DNA of 51,482 nucleotides from an uncultured bacterium (GTDB lineage Bacteria; Schekmanbacteria; GWA2-38-11; J061). The translations under genes were made by a program, and so were the position numbers. A model generated the notes under the pieces. It was not told the DNA's origin. It did no database searches and was given only the letters and a program-made list of their open reading frames with translations. Below, piece by piece: positions 19,331 to 28,051 of this stretch; the stretch's first letter is position 1, and each line of letters begins with the position of its first letter. The DNA is taken from the NCBI GenBank assembly GCA_964549305.1, contig CAZJVM010000013.1, positions 1 to 51,482 of the forward strand. Reading direction: 5' to 3'.

Positions 19331-19359
19331 TTGACAATATAACACTCATGTTTTATGTT
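19331..19359 (+). promoter_or_regulatory. Candidate sigma70 promoter of dnaK
   Basis: Perfect TTGACA, 17-nt spacer, TATGTT, 55 nt before the dnaK ATG. Confidence 0.55.
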
Positions 19360-19414
19360 TTATGCGACGAAAGAAATTTGAAGTCAATTTAAAATATAAA
19401 CCGGAGGAGTAAAA

Positions 19415-21334
19415 ATGGGCAAAATCATTGGAATTGATTTAGGAACAACAAATTCAGTTGTATCTGTAATGGAAGGAGGAGATGTAACTGTCATACAAAA
19501 CGCGGAAGGAAGCAGAACAACTCCTTCGGTAGTAGGTTTTACAAAAGACGGCGAACGACTTGTGGGACAAATTGCCAAAAGACAGGCAGTGACGAATCCT
19601 ACAAATACCGTTTATTCCATAAAAAGATTTATGGGGAGAAGGATTCACGAAGTCCCGGAAGAAATTAAAATAGTCCCTTATAAAGTTGATGACATAGGTG
19701 GAGAGGTTAAAGTCGATATCTCCGGGAAACATTATTCTCCGCCTGAAATCTCAGCAATGATTCTTCAAAAACTTAGAGCGTCCGCTGAAGATTATCTCGG
19801 TGAAAAAATAACGGAAGCGGTCATCACCGTTCCCGCATACTTCAACGACAGCCAAAGGCAGGCGACCAAAGATGCGGGAAAAATCGCGGGATTGGATGTG
19901 AAGAGAATAATAAACGAACCTACTGCGGCGGCTCTTGCTTACGGGCTTGACAAAAAAACGGACGAAACCATCGCGGTTTTCGATTTCGGAGGCGGAACAT
20001 TCGATATCTCCATCCTCGAGGTCGGCGAAGGAATCGTTGAAGTGAAAGCGACAAACGGCGACACTCATCTTGGCGGCGACGATATAGACCAGAAGATCAT
20101 CGAATGGCTCGTAAGCGAATTCAAAAAAGACCAGGGTGTTGATTTAAGCAAAGACCCTATGGCGATGCAGAGACTGAAGGAAGCGGCAGAGAAGGCAAAG
20201 ATTGAACTTTCCGGAGTCTCCGAAACGGAAATCAACCTGCCTTTTATAACGGCAGACGCTTCGGGCCCTAAACATCTCAATCTCAAACTTTCAAAGGCTA
20301 ACTTTGAAAAAATGGTTGACGGGATTTTGAACAGAACTCTCGAACCGTTGAAAAGAGCCCTCAATGACGCGGGACTGACACCTGATAAAATCGATGAAGT
20401 CGTACTTGTGGGCGGATCGACGAGAATTCCCAAAATACAGCAAATCGTAAAGGACTTCTTCAAAAAAGACCCTCATAAGGGAGTCAACCCCGACGAAGTT
20501 GTAGCAATAGGCGCGGCAATTCAGGGCGGTGTACTTAGCGGCGACGTAAAGGATGTGCTTCTTCTTGATGTAACGCCTCTTTCGCTTGGAATCGAGACTC
20601 TCGGCGGCGTAATGACGAAGCTTATCGAAAGGAACACCACCATTCCCACAAGAAAATCTGAAATTTTTTCAACTGCCGCGGACAATCAGACAAGCGTTGA
20701 AATTCACGTACTTCAGGGTGAAAGGGAAATGGCGTCGGGAAACAGGACTCTTGGAAAATTCCAGTTGGTGGGAATCCCCGCGGCACCTCGCGGAGTGCCT
20801 CAGGTTGAAGTAACTTTTGACATAGATGCAAACGGCATACTCCACGTTACCGCAAAGGATATGGCGACAAATAAAGAGCAAAAAATTACCGTTACTTCCT
20901 CTTCTGGCCTCTCCAAGGAAGAGATAGAGCAAATGGTTTCCGATGCCGAATCACACTCAAGTGATGACAAGCAGAAGAGAGAACAGGTGGACACTCACAA
21001 TCAGCTCGATTCACTTATCTACTCCACGGAAAAAACCCTAAATGAAAACAAGTCAGCTATTTCCGAAGAAGAAGTTACAAATATCGAAGCGGAGCTTAAA
21101 AAAGGCAGAGACGCTTTAGGCACTGATAATGTTGAGGCAATGAAACAGGCAATCGATGACATAACAAAATCCTCTCACAAACTTGCCGAAGTAATGTATC
21201 AAAACGCTCAGCAGGCGGCAGGAGAGCAGGGTCAGGAAAATGCAGGAAACGGAAACAAGGATTCCCAACAGACCCCCGGACAAGACTCCGAAAATGACAA
21301 TGTTGTCGATGCCGAGTTTGAAGATAAAAACTAA
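19415..21334 (+). CDS. dnaK: Molecular chaperone DnaK (Hsp70)
   Basis: [40 protein letters not shown] linker, C-terminal VVDAEFE. Confidence 0.99.
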   Translation: MGKIIGIDLGTTNSVVSVMEGGDVTVIQNAEGSRTTPSVVGFTKDGERLVGQIAKRQAVTNPTNTVYSIKRFMGRRIHEVPEEIKIVPYKVDDIGGEVKVDISGKHYSPPEISAMILQKLRASAEDYLGEKITEAVITVPAYFNDSQRQATKDAGKIAGLDVKRIINEPTAAALAYGLDKKTDETIAVFDFGGGTFDISILEVGEGIVEVKATNGDTHLGGDDIDQKIIEWLVSEFKKDQGVDLSKDPMAMQRLKEAAEKAKIELSGVSETEINLPFITADASGPKHLNLKLSKANFEKMVDGILNRTLEPLKRALNDAGLTPDKIDEVVLVGGSTRIPKIQQIVKDFFKKDPHKGVNPDEVVAIGAAIQGGVLSGDVKDVLLLDVTPLSLGIETLGGVMTKLIERNTTIPTRKSEIFSTAADNQTSVEIHVLQGEREMASGNRTLGKFQLVGIPAAPRGVPQVEVTFDIDANGILHVTAKDMATNKEQKITVTSSSGLSKEEIEQMVSDAESHSSDDKQKREQVDTHNQLDSLIYSTEKTLNENKSAISEEEVTNIEAELKKGRDALGTDNVEAMKQAIDDITKSSHKLAEVMYQNAQQAAGEQGQENAGNGNKDSQQTPGQDSENDNVVDAEFEDKN

Positions 21335-21360
21335 ACTTAAACAAGAGGAGGTGAATGCTT

Positions 21361-21816
21361 ATGAACATTACGACACTGCATCCTTTAATGGAAAAAAACA
21401 TCGTAAGCAGAATCGACAAACTTCTCGATGAAGACTTTTTGCCGACAAAAATGTTTTCTGATATGAAGCCTTTTTCTGAAAGCAACTGGAGGCCTTCTGT
21501 TGATATTTTTGAAAACAAAAATCAGATAATCCTGAAGTTCGATGTGCCCGGTATGTCATCGGAAGACATTGACATTAAAGTTGACGACATCATCCTCACC
21601 ATAAGCGGTGAAAAAAAATTCGGGAAAAAAAAGGAAGAACGGGAATATCACTGCATCGAGAGAAGTCACGGAGCATTTTCACGCTCCTTTAAACTGCCCG
21701 GTTCGGCCGACCCGGAAAAAGTAAAAGCCAATTATGACAAGGGAGTGCTAAGACTGGAAATTGCGAAAAGAGAATCTGAACAAGCCAGGAAGATTAAAAT
21801 TAAAGTAGAAAAGTAA
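21361..21816 (+). CDS. Hsp20/alpha-crystallin small heat-shock protein (1)
   Basis: PSVDIFE, VPG, LTISGEK, ERSHGAFSRSF, GVL, C-terminal KIKI. GAGGAGGTG SD favours ATG 21361. Confidence 0.93.
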   Translation: MNITTLHPLMEKNIVSRIDKLLDEDFLPTKMFSDMKPFSESNWRPSVDIFENKNQIILKFDVPGMSSEDIDIKVDDIILTISGEKKFGKKKEEREYHCIERSHGAFSRSFKLPGSADPEKVKANYDKGVLRLEIAKRESEQARKIKIKVEK

Positions 21817-21838
21817 ATTCTTAAAGGGAGGATTGGAT

Positions 21839-22291
21839 ATGGCTATTGTTAAATGGGATCCTTTTAAGGACATGGTCACCATGAAGGACAGAATGAACAG
21901 GCTCTTTGACGAAGTCTTCTCAAAATCACAGTTTTACGGTGATGAGAATATGAGAGACGGACTGTGGAGCCCTTCAGTGGATATCTACGAAACGGAAAAC
22001 AACGTGGTACTGAAAGCTGAATTGCCGGAAATTGACGAAAAGGATATCGATATCAAACTTGAAGACAATATCCTTACAATAAAGGGGGAAAGAAAGCTCG
22101 AGAATGAAACGGAGAAGGAAAACTACTACAGAATGGAAAGGTCATACGGAGCATTCTCCCGTTCATTCAGTATCCCTTCTAGAGTTGACCAAAACAATGT
22201 CTCGGCAACTTGCAGGGACGGTGTACTGAAGGTTACAATGCCCAAAAATAAGGAAGCACAGCAGAAGAAGATTCCCATCAATACAAAATAA
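21839..22291 (+). CDS. Hsp20/alpha-crystallin small heat-shock protein (2)
   Basis: WDPF N-terminal motif, PSVDIYE, ERSYGAFSRSF, DGVL, C-terminal IPI. GGAGG favours ATG 21839. Confidence 0.95.
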   Translation: MAIVKWDPFKDMVTMKDRMNRLFDEVFSKSQFYGDENMRDGLWSPSVDIYETENNVVLKAELPEIDEKDIDIKLEDNILTIKGERKLENETEKENYYRMERSYGAFSRSFSIPSRVDQNNVSATCRDGVLKVTMPKNKEAQQKKIPINTK

Positions 22292-22297
22292 TTACGT

Positions 22298-22327
22298 AAA
22301 ACGGGGGTTCATCAACCCCCGTTTTTT
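22298..22327 (+). terminator. Intrinsic terminator between hsp20-2 and dnaJ1
   Basis: AAAACGGGGGTT-CATC-AACCCCCGTTTTTT, a GC-rich stem followed by a U-tract. Confidence 0.85.
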
Positions 22328-22329
22328 AA

Positions 22330-22348
22330 TATTATACCGGGTATAATA
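22330..22348. promoter_or_regulatory. Perfect 9-1-9 dyad immediately upstream of dnaJ1 (operator or RNA hairpin)
   Basis: TATTATACC-G-GGTATAATA, ending 2 nt before ATG 22351. Confidence 0.5.
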
Positions 22349-22350
22349 AA

Positions 22351-23445
22351 ATGGCGGCAAACAGGAATTATTACGAAATTCTCGGCATCAAACGTAATGC
22401 CTCGTCAAACGATATAAAGAAAGCTTACAAGAAGCTTGCGCGAAAATACCATCCCGATGTAAATCCCGGAGACAAAAAAGCGGAAGACAGGTTTAAGGAA
22501 GTCTCACAAGCATATGCCGTGCTTAATGACCCGGGGAAAAAGAAAAAATACGATACTCTCGGACATCAGGGATTCACTTCGGGCTTCGACCCCTTTTCGT
22601 CCGCGCGAGGAAGAGGACAACAGGGAGGTTTCGGCGGGTTTTCCGATATTTTTTCAGATATTTTTGGTGAAGGCACCGGAAGACGCCAGCAGAGAAGAGG
22701 TCCTCAAAAAGGAAGAGATATTCAGTATCCAATGGAAATCAGCTTTAAGGACTCCATAAATGGCCTGAAAACCGAACTTCAGATAAGAAAACAAACGCAA
22801 TGTCCCGACTGCCGGGGTACAGGCGCAAAACCCGGAACCAAGCCCTCTGCATGCCCCAATTGCGGAGGAAGCGGAAAAACAAATATCGGCAAAAACTTCT
22901 TCAATATGTCAGAACCGTGCAGGCAGTGCAACGGAACAGGATCATACAACCCTTCCCTTTGTCAACGATGTTCAGGGAAAGGCACCATGCCCAAATCCGA
23001 AAGAATTTCCGTAAAAATACCACCTGGTGTAGATAACGGCTCAAAGGTAAGACTTGCAGGCAAGGGAGAGCCGGGAAAAAACGGAGGCCCTTACGGAGAC
23101 CTCTATATACTCACGAAAATACGGCCTCACACTTTTTTCGAACGCAAAGGGGATAATATTTACTGCCTCATACCCATAACGGTTTCCGAAGCGGCATTGG
23201 GAGCGAAAATAACAGTACCGACAGTAGATGGCGAATCAATAATGAAAGTACCTCCGGGAACGCAATCGGGACAAAAATTCAGGCTGAGCGGTAAGGGGGT
23301 ACCGAGCCTTAAAAGCGGAATCAAAGGGGATCAGTTCATTGAGGTAAAAATCGTCATTCCCAAAAATCTCAGCGAAGAATCAAAGGAAATTCTTGAAAAA
23401 TTTTCCGAACTCACTGATTTCAACCCAAGACAAAACTTGTTATAA
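22351..23445 (+). CDS. dnaJ: Class A J-domain chaperone DnaJ (1)
   Basis: YHPD, DIF repeats, four CxxCxGxG motifs (CPDC, CPNC, CRQC, CQRC), GDLY. Confidence 0.95.
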   Translation: MAANRNYYEILGIKRNASSNDIKKAYKKLARKYHPDVNPGDKKAEDRFKEVSQAYAVLNDPGKKKKYDTLGHQGFTSGFDPFSSARGRGQQGGFGGFSDIFSDIFGEGTGRRQQRRGPQKGRDIQYPMEISFKDSINGLKTELQIRKQTQCPDCRGTGAKPGTKPSACPNCGGSGKTNIGKNFFNMSEPCRQCNGTGSYNPSLCQRCSGKGTMPKSERISVKIPPGVDNGSKVRLAGKGEPGKNGGPYGDLYILTKIRPHTFFERKGDNIYCLIPITVSEAALGAKITVPTVDGESIMKVPPGTQSGQKFRLSGKGVPSLKSGIKGDQFIEVKIVIPKNLSEESKEILEKFSELTDFNPRQNLL

Positions 23446-23457
23446 GGAATCAAAAAT

Positions 23458-23994
23458 ATGGCTAAGCATATAAAGATAGAAGAAGAAAAATCAAAAAAAG
23501 AAAAGAGCAGCGGTGAAGACCCTGAGCTGGAAGATTTAATAAAACAACTTGATGAAGCGGAAAAAAAATCAGAGGAATATCTCGATTTGCTGCAAAGAAG
23601 CAGAGCCGAATTTGAAAACCTGAAAAAGCGATCCGAGAAAGAAAAGGAAACTTTCTACCTGATGGGGAAGACGAGTATTCTCGAGAAACTTTTGGATTTT
23701 AAAGACAACTTCGATAAAGCTCTTAATCATATGGAAACAAACATAGATGATAACGGCCAGTTTCAAAAAGGAATGGAGCTTATTTTAAAACAATTCAACG
23801 AAATTCTCGAAAAAGAAGGAGTGAGCAGAGTTGAAACAGATGGAAAAACATTCGACCCTGAAATACACGAAGCGGTGCTAACGGAAAAAGGCGAGTCCGG
23901 CAACGCGGGCACAATAGCGGAAGAGATGCAGGCAGGTTATCTCCTGAAAGGAAAACTTTTAAGACCTGCCAAAGTAAAAGTAATAGTGGCATAA
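23458..23994 (+). CDS. grpE: Nucleotide exchange factor GrpE (1)
   Basis: RSRAEFENLKKR, DNFDKAL, FDPEIHEAV, GYLLKGKLLRPAKVKV. Confidence 0.93.
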   Translation: MAKHIKIEEEKSKKEKSSGEDPELEDLIKQLDEAEKKSEEYLDLLQRSRAEFENLKKRSEKEKETFYLMGKTSILEKLLDFKDNFDKALNHMETNIDDNGQFQKGMELILKQFNEILEKEGVSRVETDGKTFDPEIHEAVLTEKGESGNAGTIAEEMQAGYLLKGKLLRPAKVKVIVA

Positions 23995-24046
23995 TTATTC
24001 AACAAATTTTTGTCATCCCTAACCCAAAAAATAATTGATTGAGAAT

Positions 24047-24670
24047 ATGAAACGTAAAGAAAAAGACAAGAACGAAAAGAATAACGCAAATCCCGACGAA
24101 CCAATAAAAGTGGTGGATAAACGCTCGTCAGTTGAGAGCGACAATGCCTCCGAACCAACTTCGGAAGATAGGGCATTAAAAAAACCGTCCTATGTGGAAA
24201 AACTTCTTGAGGAAATCGACGAACAAAAAAAACAACTTCTCGAGTTATCTAAGGCGTTCAGAAGTGTCCAGAAAGATTCCGAAGAATTCAGGTTGAGACT
24301 TAATAAGGATGTTGAAAAAAGAGTGTTTAAAGGCAAAATAGAGTTTTCCCGCGATTTCATCGAGGTTTTGGACAATCTTGAAAGAGGATTGGAATCAGCG
24401 GAAAAAATCCGGGATTTCGATTCTTTTTTTGAAGGAATAAAACTCGTAATATCCCAATTTTTACAAAAGATTCAAAAAAATGATATAAAAGAAATAAAAT
24501 CCGCGGGAGAGGATTTTAATCCGAAATTTCACGAAGCGCTCAGTACTACTCCCGTTGAGGAAAAAGATAAAGACAATAAAGTGGTGGAAGTTATTGAAAA
24601 AGGCTATCTGATAAAGGACGAAATTTTGAGACCCTCAAAGGTAATTGTAGGAAAGTTCGATGGCAAATAA
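24047..24670 (+). CDS. grpE: Nucleotide exchange factor GrpE (2), divergent paralog
   Basis: EVLDNLERGL, FNPKFHEAL, KGYLIKDEILRPSKVIVGK. It lacks the canonical ADFEN. Start is ATG 24047 or TTG 24035. Confidence 0.88.
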   Translation: MKRKEKDKNEKNNANPDEPIKVVDKRSSVESDNASEPTSEDRALKKPSYVEKLLEEIDEQKKQLLELSKAFRSVQKDSEEFRLRLNKDVEKRVFKGKIEFSRDFIEVLDNLERGLESAEKIRDFDSFFEGIKLVISQFLQKIQKNDIKEIKSAGEDFNPKFHEALSTTPVEEKDKDNKVVEVIEKGYLIKDEILRPSKVIVGKFDGK

Positions 24671-25046
24671 AAACTCATTGCCCGATTACAGCGAAAAACA
24701 GAAACTGCTCTTTTCTGAGAGTAAAGATACAGGATTATTAAAATCTTACGGCCGACAATTTTTGGAAGCGGAAATGCTCGATACAGCTTTGGATTTTTTA
24801 ATAGAAGCAAATGATAAGGAAGAAATAAAAAACATTGTGAACATTGCCGTTGAAAACGGCGATTATTATCTCTTCAAAAAGGGCGCCGGATTTGTAATGA
24901 GCCAAGATGAGATAAATGAAAAATCAGCGGAGCTTTCCAAAAACGCGGAAAAGCTCGGCAAAGATTTATTTTCGGAAAGAGCGCGTAACTATGGCAGTAA
25001 AAATAAAGAGAAAATAAACACCGGGAAGGAAGAAAAAGTTGGCTAA
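24660..25046 (+). CDS. Hypothetical alpha-helical protein (orfX) inside the chaperone cluster
   Basis: 128-aa ORF overlapping grpE2 by 11 nt and dnaJ2 by 8 nt, with a helical-repeat-like pattern. Confidence 0.75.
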   Translation: MANKNSLPDYSEKQKLLFSESKDTGLLKSYGRQFLEAEMLDTALDFLIEANDKEEIKNIVNIAVENGDYYLFKKGAGFVMSQDEINEKSAELSKNAEKLGKDLFSERARNYGSKNKEKINTGKEEKVG

Positions 25047-26154
25047 AAAAGATTATTATGAAGTGCTGAATGTGGGAAGAAATTCAACTTCCGATGAAAT
25101 CAAAAAAAAGTACCGCAAACTTGCGATGAAATACCACCCCGACCGCAATCCGGGAGACAAAGAGGCGGAAGAAAAATTCAAGGAAGCGGCTGAAGCATAT
25201 GAAGTTCTGAATGACAGCGAAAAACGGAGAATTTACGATACATACGGACACGAGGGACTCAGAGGAAGCGGTTTCCAGGGATTTTCCGGTTTTGATGACA
25301 TCTTTTCAAGCTTCGGAGATATATTCGAAGATTTCTTCGGTTTTTCCTCATCGGGCAGAGGAAGAAGGCAGGGCCCGAGACGGGGCGCGGATTTAAGATA
25401 TGACATTGAAATTACTTTAAAAGAAGCTGCAGAGGGAGTAAGCAAAGAAGTTGAAATAGCAAAACTTGAATCATGTCCCGATTGCGGCGGAAACGGCGCG
25501 GAAACGGGGTCAAACCCCACGAGATGCCCCACCTGTTCGGGCAGCGGACAAACTATCCGTTCACAGGGGTTTTTCAGCATAAGCACTACTTGTCCTCACT
25601 GCCGCGGAGAAGGAATGATAATCGAAAACCCCTGTAAAAGTTGTTCCGGCAGGGGGAAAATAAAAAAAACAAAAAACCTCTCAGTGAAAATACCCTCTGG
25701 AGTTGACACCGGATCAAGGCTTAGACTGAGAAGCGAAGGTGAAGGCGGAGAGAGGGGAGGTCCGAGCGGAGACCTCTATGTTTTTATCTTTGTCAAGGAA
25801 GACGAATTTTTCAAGAGATTTGAAAATGATATATATTGCAAGATTCCCATAAGCTTCCCGCAGGCAGTTCTCGGCGACGAAAGGGAAATACCGACACTTT
25901 CCGGCGAGGAAGCGGTTGTCAAAATCCCCAAAGGTACGCAAAACGGAGACAGGACAAAGCTCAAAGGAAAAGGAATGCCCTTTCTTCAGGGCAGAGGGCA
26001 CGGTGATATGATTGTAGAGTTTTACGTTACCGTGCCCAAAAAGCTTTCGAAAAAAGAGGAAGAGCTTATTCGCTCTCTTGCCGAAATCGAAAGCAACAAT
26101 GCAAACAGGAAAAAGCAGGGGTTTTTCGAAAAGCTCAAAAACGAATTCAAATGA
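25039..26154 (+). CDS. dnaJ: Class A J-domain chaperone DnaJ (2), canonical type
   Basis: [32 protein letters not shown], four CxxCxGxG motifs, C-terminal GFFEKLK. TTG start. Confidence 0.96.
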   Translation: MAKKDYYEVLNVGRNSTSDEIKKKYRKLAMKYHPDRNPGDKEAEEKFKEAAEAYEVLNDSEKRRIYDTYGHEGLRGSGFQGFSGFDDIFSSFGDIFEDFFGFSSSGRGRRQGPRRGADLRYDIEITLKEAAEGVSKEVEIAKLESCPDCGGNGAETGSNPTRCPTCSGSGQTIRSQGFFSISTTCPHCRGEGMIIENPCKSCSGRGKIKKTKNLSVKIPSGVDTGSRLRLRSEGEGGERGGPSGDLYVFIFVKEDEFFKRFENDIYCKIPISFPQAVLGDEREIPTLSGEEAVVKIPKGTQNGDRTKLKGKGMPFLQGRGHGDMIVEFYVTVPKKLSKKEEELIRSLAEIESNNANRKKQGFFEKLKNEFK

Positions 26155-26331
26155 TATCCCGGAGTGTTGACTTTTAAAGAAAATTGTTTTTTAAAACAGA
26201 TAAACAAATATTCATATAAAGTTTAAAATCCTTATTAACAAATTAAAGATTGATTTTTCTCTTGAAGAGGACATCTCTCTAATGTTTAATAAGGTTTTTT
26301 TATGTGCAGTCTTTAACATATAAGAATAAAA

Positions 26332-27270
26332 ATGATTGAAGTTAAAGGTCTTTCAAAACATTACAGGCATATCAGGGCCGTCGATAATATTTCCTTCAAG
26401 GTTGAAAAAGGAGACATCGTAGGTTTTCTCGGACCTAACGGCGCAGGGAAAACCACTACAATGAGAATGCTTACCTGTTTCATTCCTCCTTCGTCGGGCG
26501 AGGCCAAAGTTGCGGGATTTGACATAATTAAAAAACCTTCCGAGGTAAAAAAACAGATAGGTTATCTTCCGGAAACCCCCCCTCTTTACAAGGAAATGAC
26601 CGTATCTTCATACCTTGAATTTGCAGGTAAAATCCACGGCATTGGAGGAAAAAAACTCAATATGCGCCTCGATTACATTCTTTCAAGATGCGGAATACAA
26701 AATGTGAAGAAACGTCTTATTGCCAATCTTTCAAAAGGATACAAGCAGAGAGTGGGGCTTGCACAGGCGCTGATTCATGACCCTAAGGTTTTGATTCTCG
26801 ATGAACCTACCATCGGGCTTGACCCCAAGCAGATTACCGATATAAGAAGCCTTATTACGGAGCTTGGAGGAGAGAGAACAATTATATTGAGCACCCATAT
26901 TCTTCCCGAAGTTACGATGACCTGTAACAAAGTCGTCATATTAAATAAAGGCAAAATCGTCTTAACGGATGATCAGAAAAATCTTTCAGGCAATATGTTT
27001 GGAAGTGAAAAGATATACCTTCTTCTCTCCTCACCGTCTGATTCCCTTGAAAGTGAAATATTACGAATGGAGGACGTACTTTCCGTCAAAAAAGACGGTA
27101 AAGAGGAAAATGCTTTTATCATAGAAACCGAAAAGGAAAAGGATTTGCGCGAGGAAATAGCAAAATACTGTGTGGAAAAGAATTACGGTTTGAGGGAAAT
27201 AAAGAGAATTTCGCTGAGTCTTGAAGATATATTCATCAACCTTGTAACCGAAGAAACGGGAAAAAGATAA
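26332..27270 (+). CDS. ABC transporter ATP-binding protein (GldA-like)
   Basis: GPNGAGKT, LSKGYKQRVG signature variant, ILDEP, STH, C-terminal SLEDIF. Confidence 0.9.
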   Translation: MIEVKGLSKHYRHIRAVDNISFKVEKGDIVGFLGPNGAGKTTTMRMLTCFIPPSSGEAKVAGFDIIKKPSEVKKQIGYLPETPPLYKEMTVSSYLEFAGKIHGIGGKKLNMRLDYILSRCGIQNVKKRLIANLSKGYKQRVGLAQALIHDPKVLILDEPTIGLDPKQITDIRSLITELGGERTIILSTHILPEVTMTCNKVVILNKGKIVLTDDQKNLSGNMFGSEKIYLLLSSPSDSLESEILRMEDVLSVKKDGKEENAFIIETEKEKDLREEIAKYCVEKNYGLREIKRISLSLEDIFINLVTEETGKR

Positions 27271-27271
27271 G

Positions 27272-28051
27272 ATGGGTGTAGTCGGGGCAATTATAAAAAA
27301 AGAGATGAAATCCTATTTTGCGTCATCGGTGGCTTATGTAATTCTCGCGCTTTTCATTGCTATCAACGGATTTCTATTTTTCAATTTTCTTTCTGAATTC
27401 AACCTTAAAATCATGCAGTTTCTTCAGATTAAGGCAAAATACCCGCAACTGGGACTCGAGATAAGCATGAATGACTGGATAATAAACCCTCTGCTGAGAA
27501 ACATTTCGATTATTCTTCTTCTGCTGATTCCCGCAATCTCAATGAGACTTATCGCGGAGGAAAGGCGCTCGGGCACAATGGAATTGCTCATGACATCGCC
27601 TGTATCCACATTTCAAATCCTTATGGGCAAATACCTCTCCTGCCTGATATTTTACGCCATAATGCTGATTTCAACCCTGCAGTATCCGGTTTTTCTCAAA
27701 ATATTCGGAAATCCCGATATGACTCCCGCGCTTTTTAACTACTTTATGCTTTTCCTGCTTGGCGCGGCATTCATTTCCGTAGGGCTTCTTGCATCGAGTA
27801 TCACGGAAAACCAGATAATCTCCGCGTGCCTGAGTTTCGCCATCCTATTCATTTTCTGGCTAATCGGGTGGACAGGTGAGAATTATGGCGGAAACATAGG
27901 AGAAATCATCTCTTATTTCTCCCTTTATATACATTTTGAAAACGCCCTTAAGGGTATAATGGATTCAAGAGATATTGTTTATCTTGTAAGCTTTACCGTA
28001 TTCAATCTTTATTTAACCTTTGAAATTCTTGATTCGGAAAAATGGAAATAA
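27272..28051 (+). CDS. ABC-2 type permease (GldF-like)
   Basis: KEMKSYF, PAISMRLIAEERRSGTMELLMTSP, GKY, SSITENQI. Confidence 0.88.
   Translation: MGVVGAIIKKEMKSYFASSVAYVILALFIAINGFLFFNFLSEFNLKIMQFLQIKAKYPQLGLEISMNDWIINPLLRNISIILLLLIPAISMRLIAEERRSGTMELLMTSPVSTFQILMGKYLSCLIFYAIMLISTLQYPVFLKIFGNPDMTPALFNYFMLFLLGAAFISVGLLASSITENQIISACLSFAILFIFWLIGWTGENYGGNIGEIISYFSLYIHFENALKGIMDSRDIVYLVSFTVFNLYLTFEILDSEKWK

Noticed and set aside
19339-19365. Possible CIRCE (HrcA operator) in the dnaK promoter, ATAACACTC
   Set aside because: Only a left-half resemblance. The position 9 nt downstream reads GTTTTATGC, not GAGTGCTAA.
16436-21559. Many 60-150 aa antisense or alternate-frame ORFs over clpB and dnaK, with similar ones over degP, lon and hflKC
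   Set aside because: They are shadows of conserved genes, with no motifs or supporting SD.
24035-24670. grpE2 as a pseudogene or assembly duplication of grpE1
   Set aside because: The reading frame is intact and full length, the C-terminal DnaK-binding motifs are kept, and the two sequences are far too divergent to be an assembly artefact.
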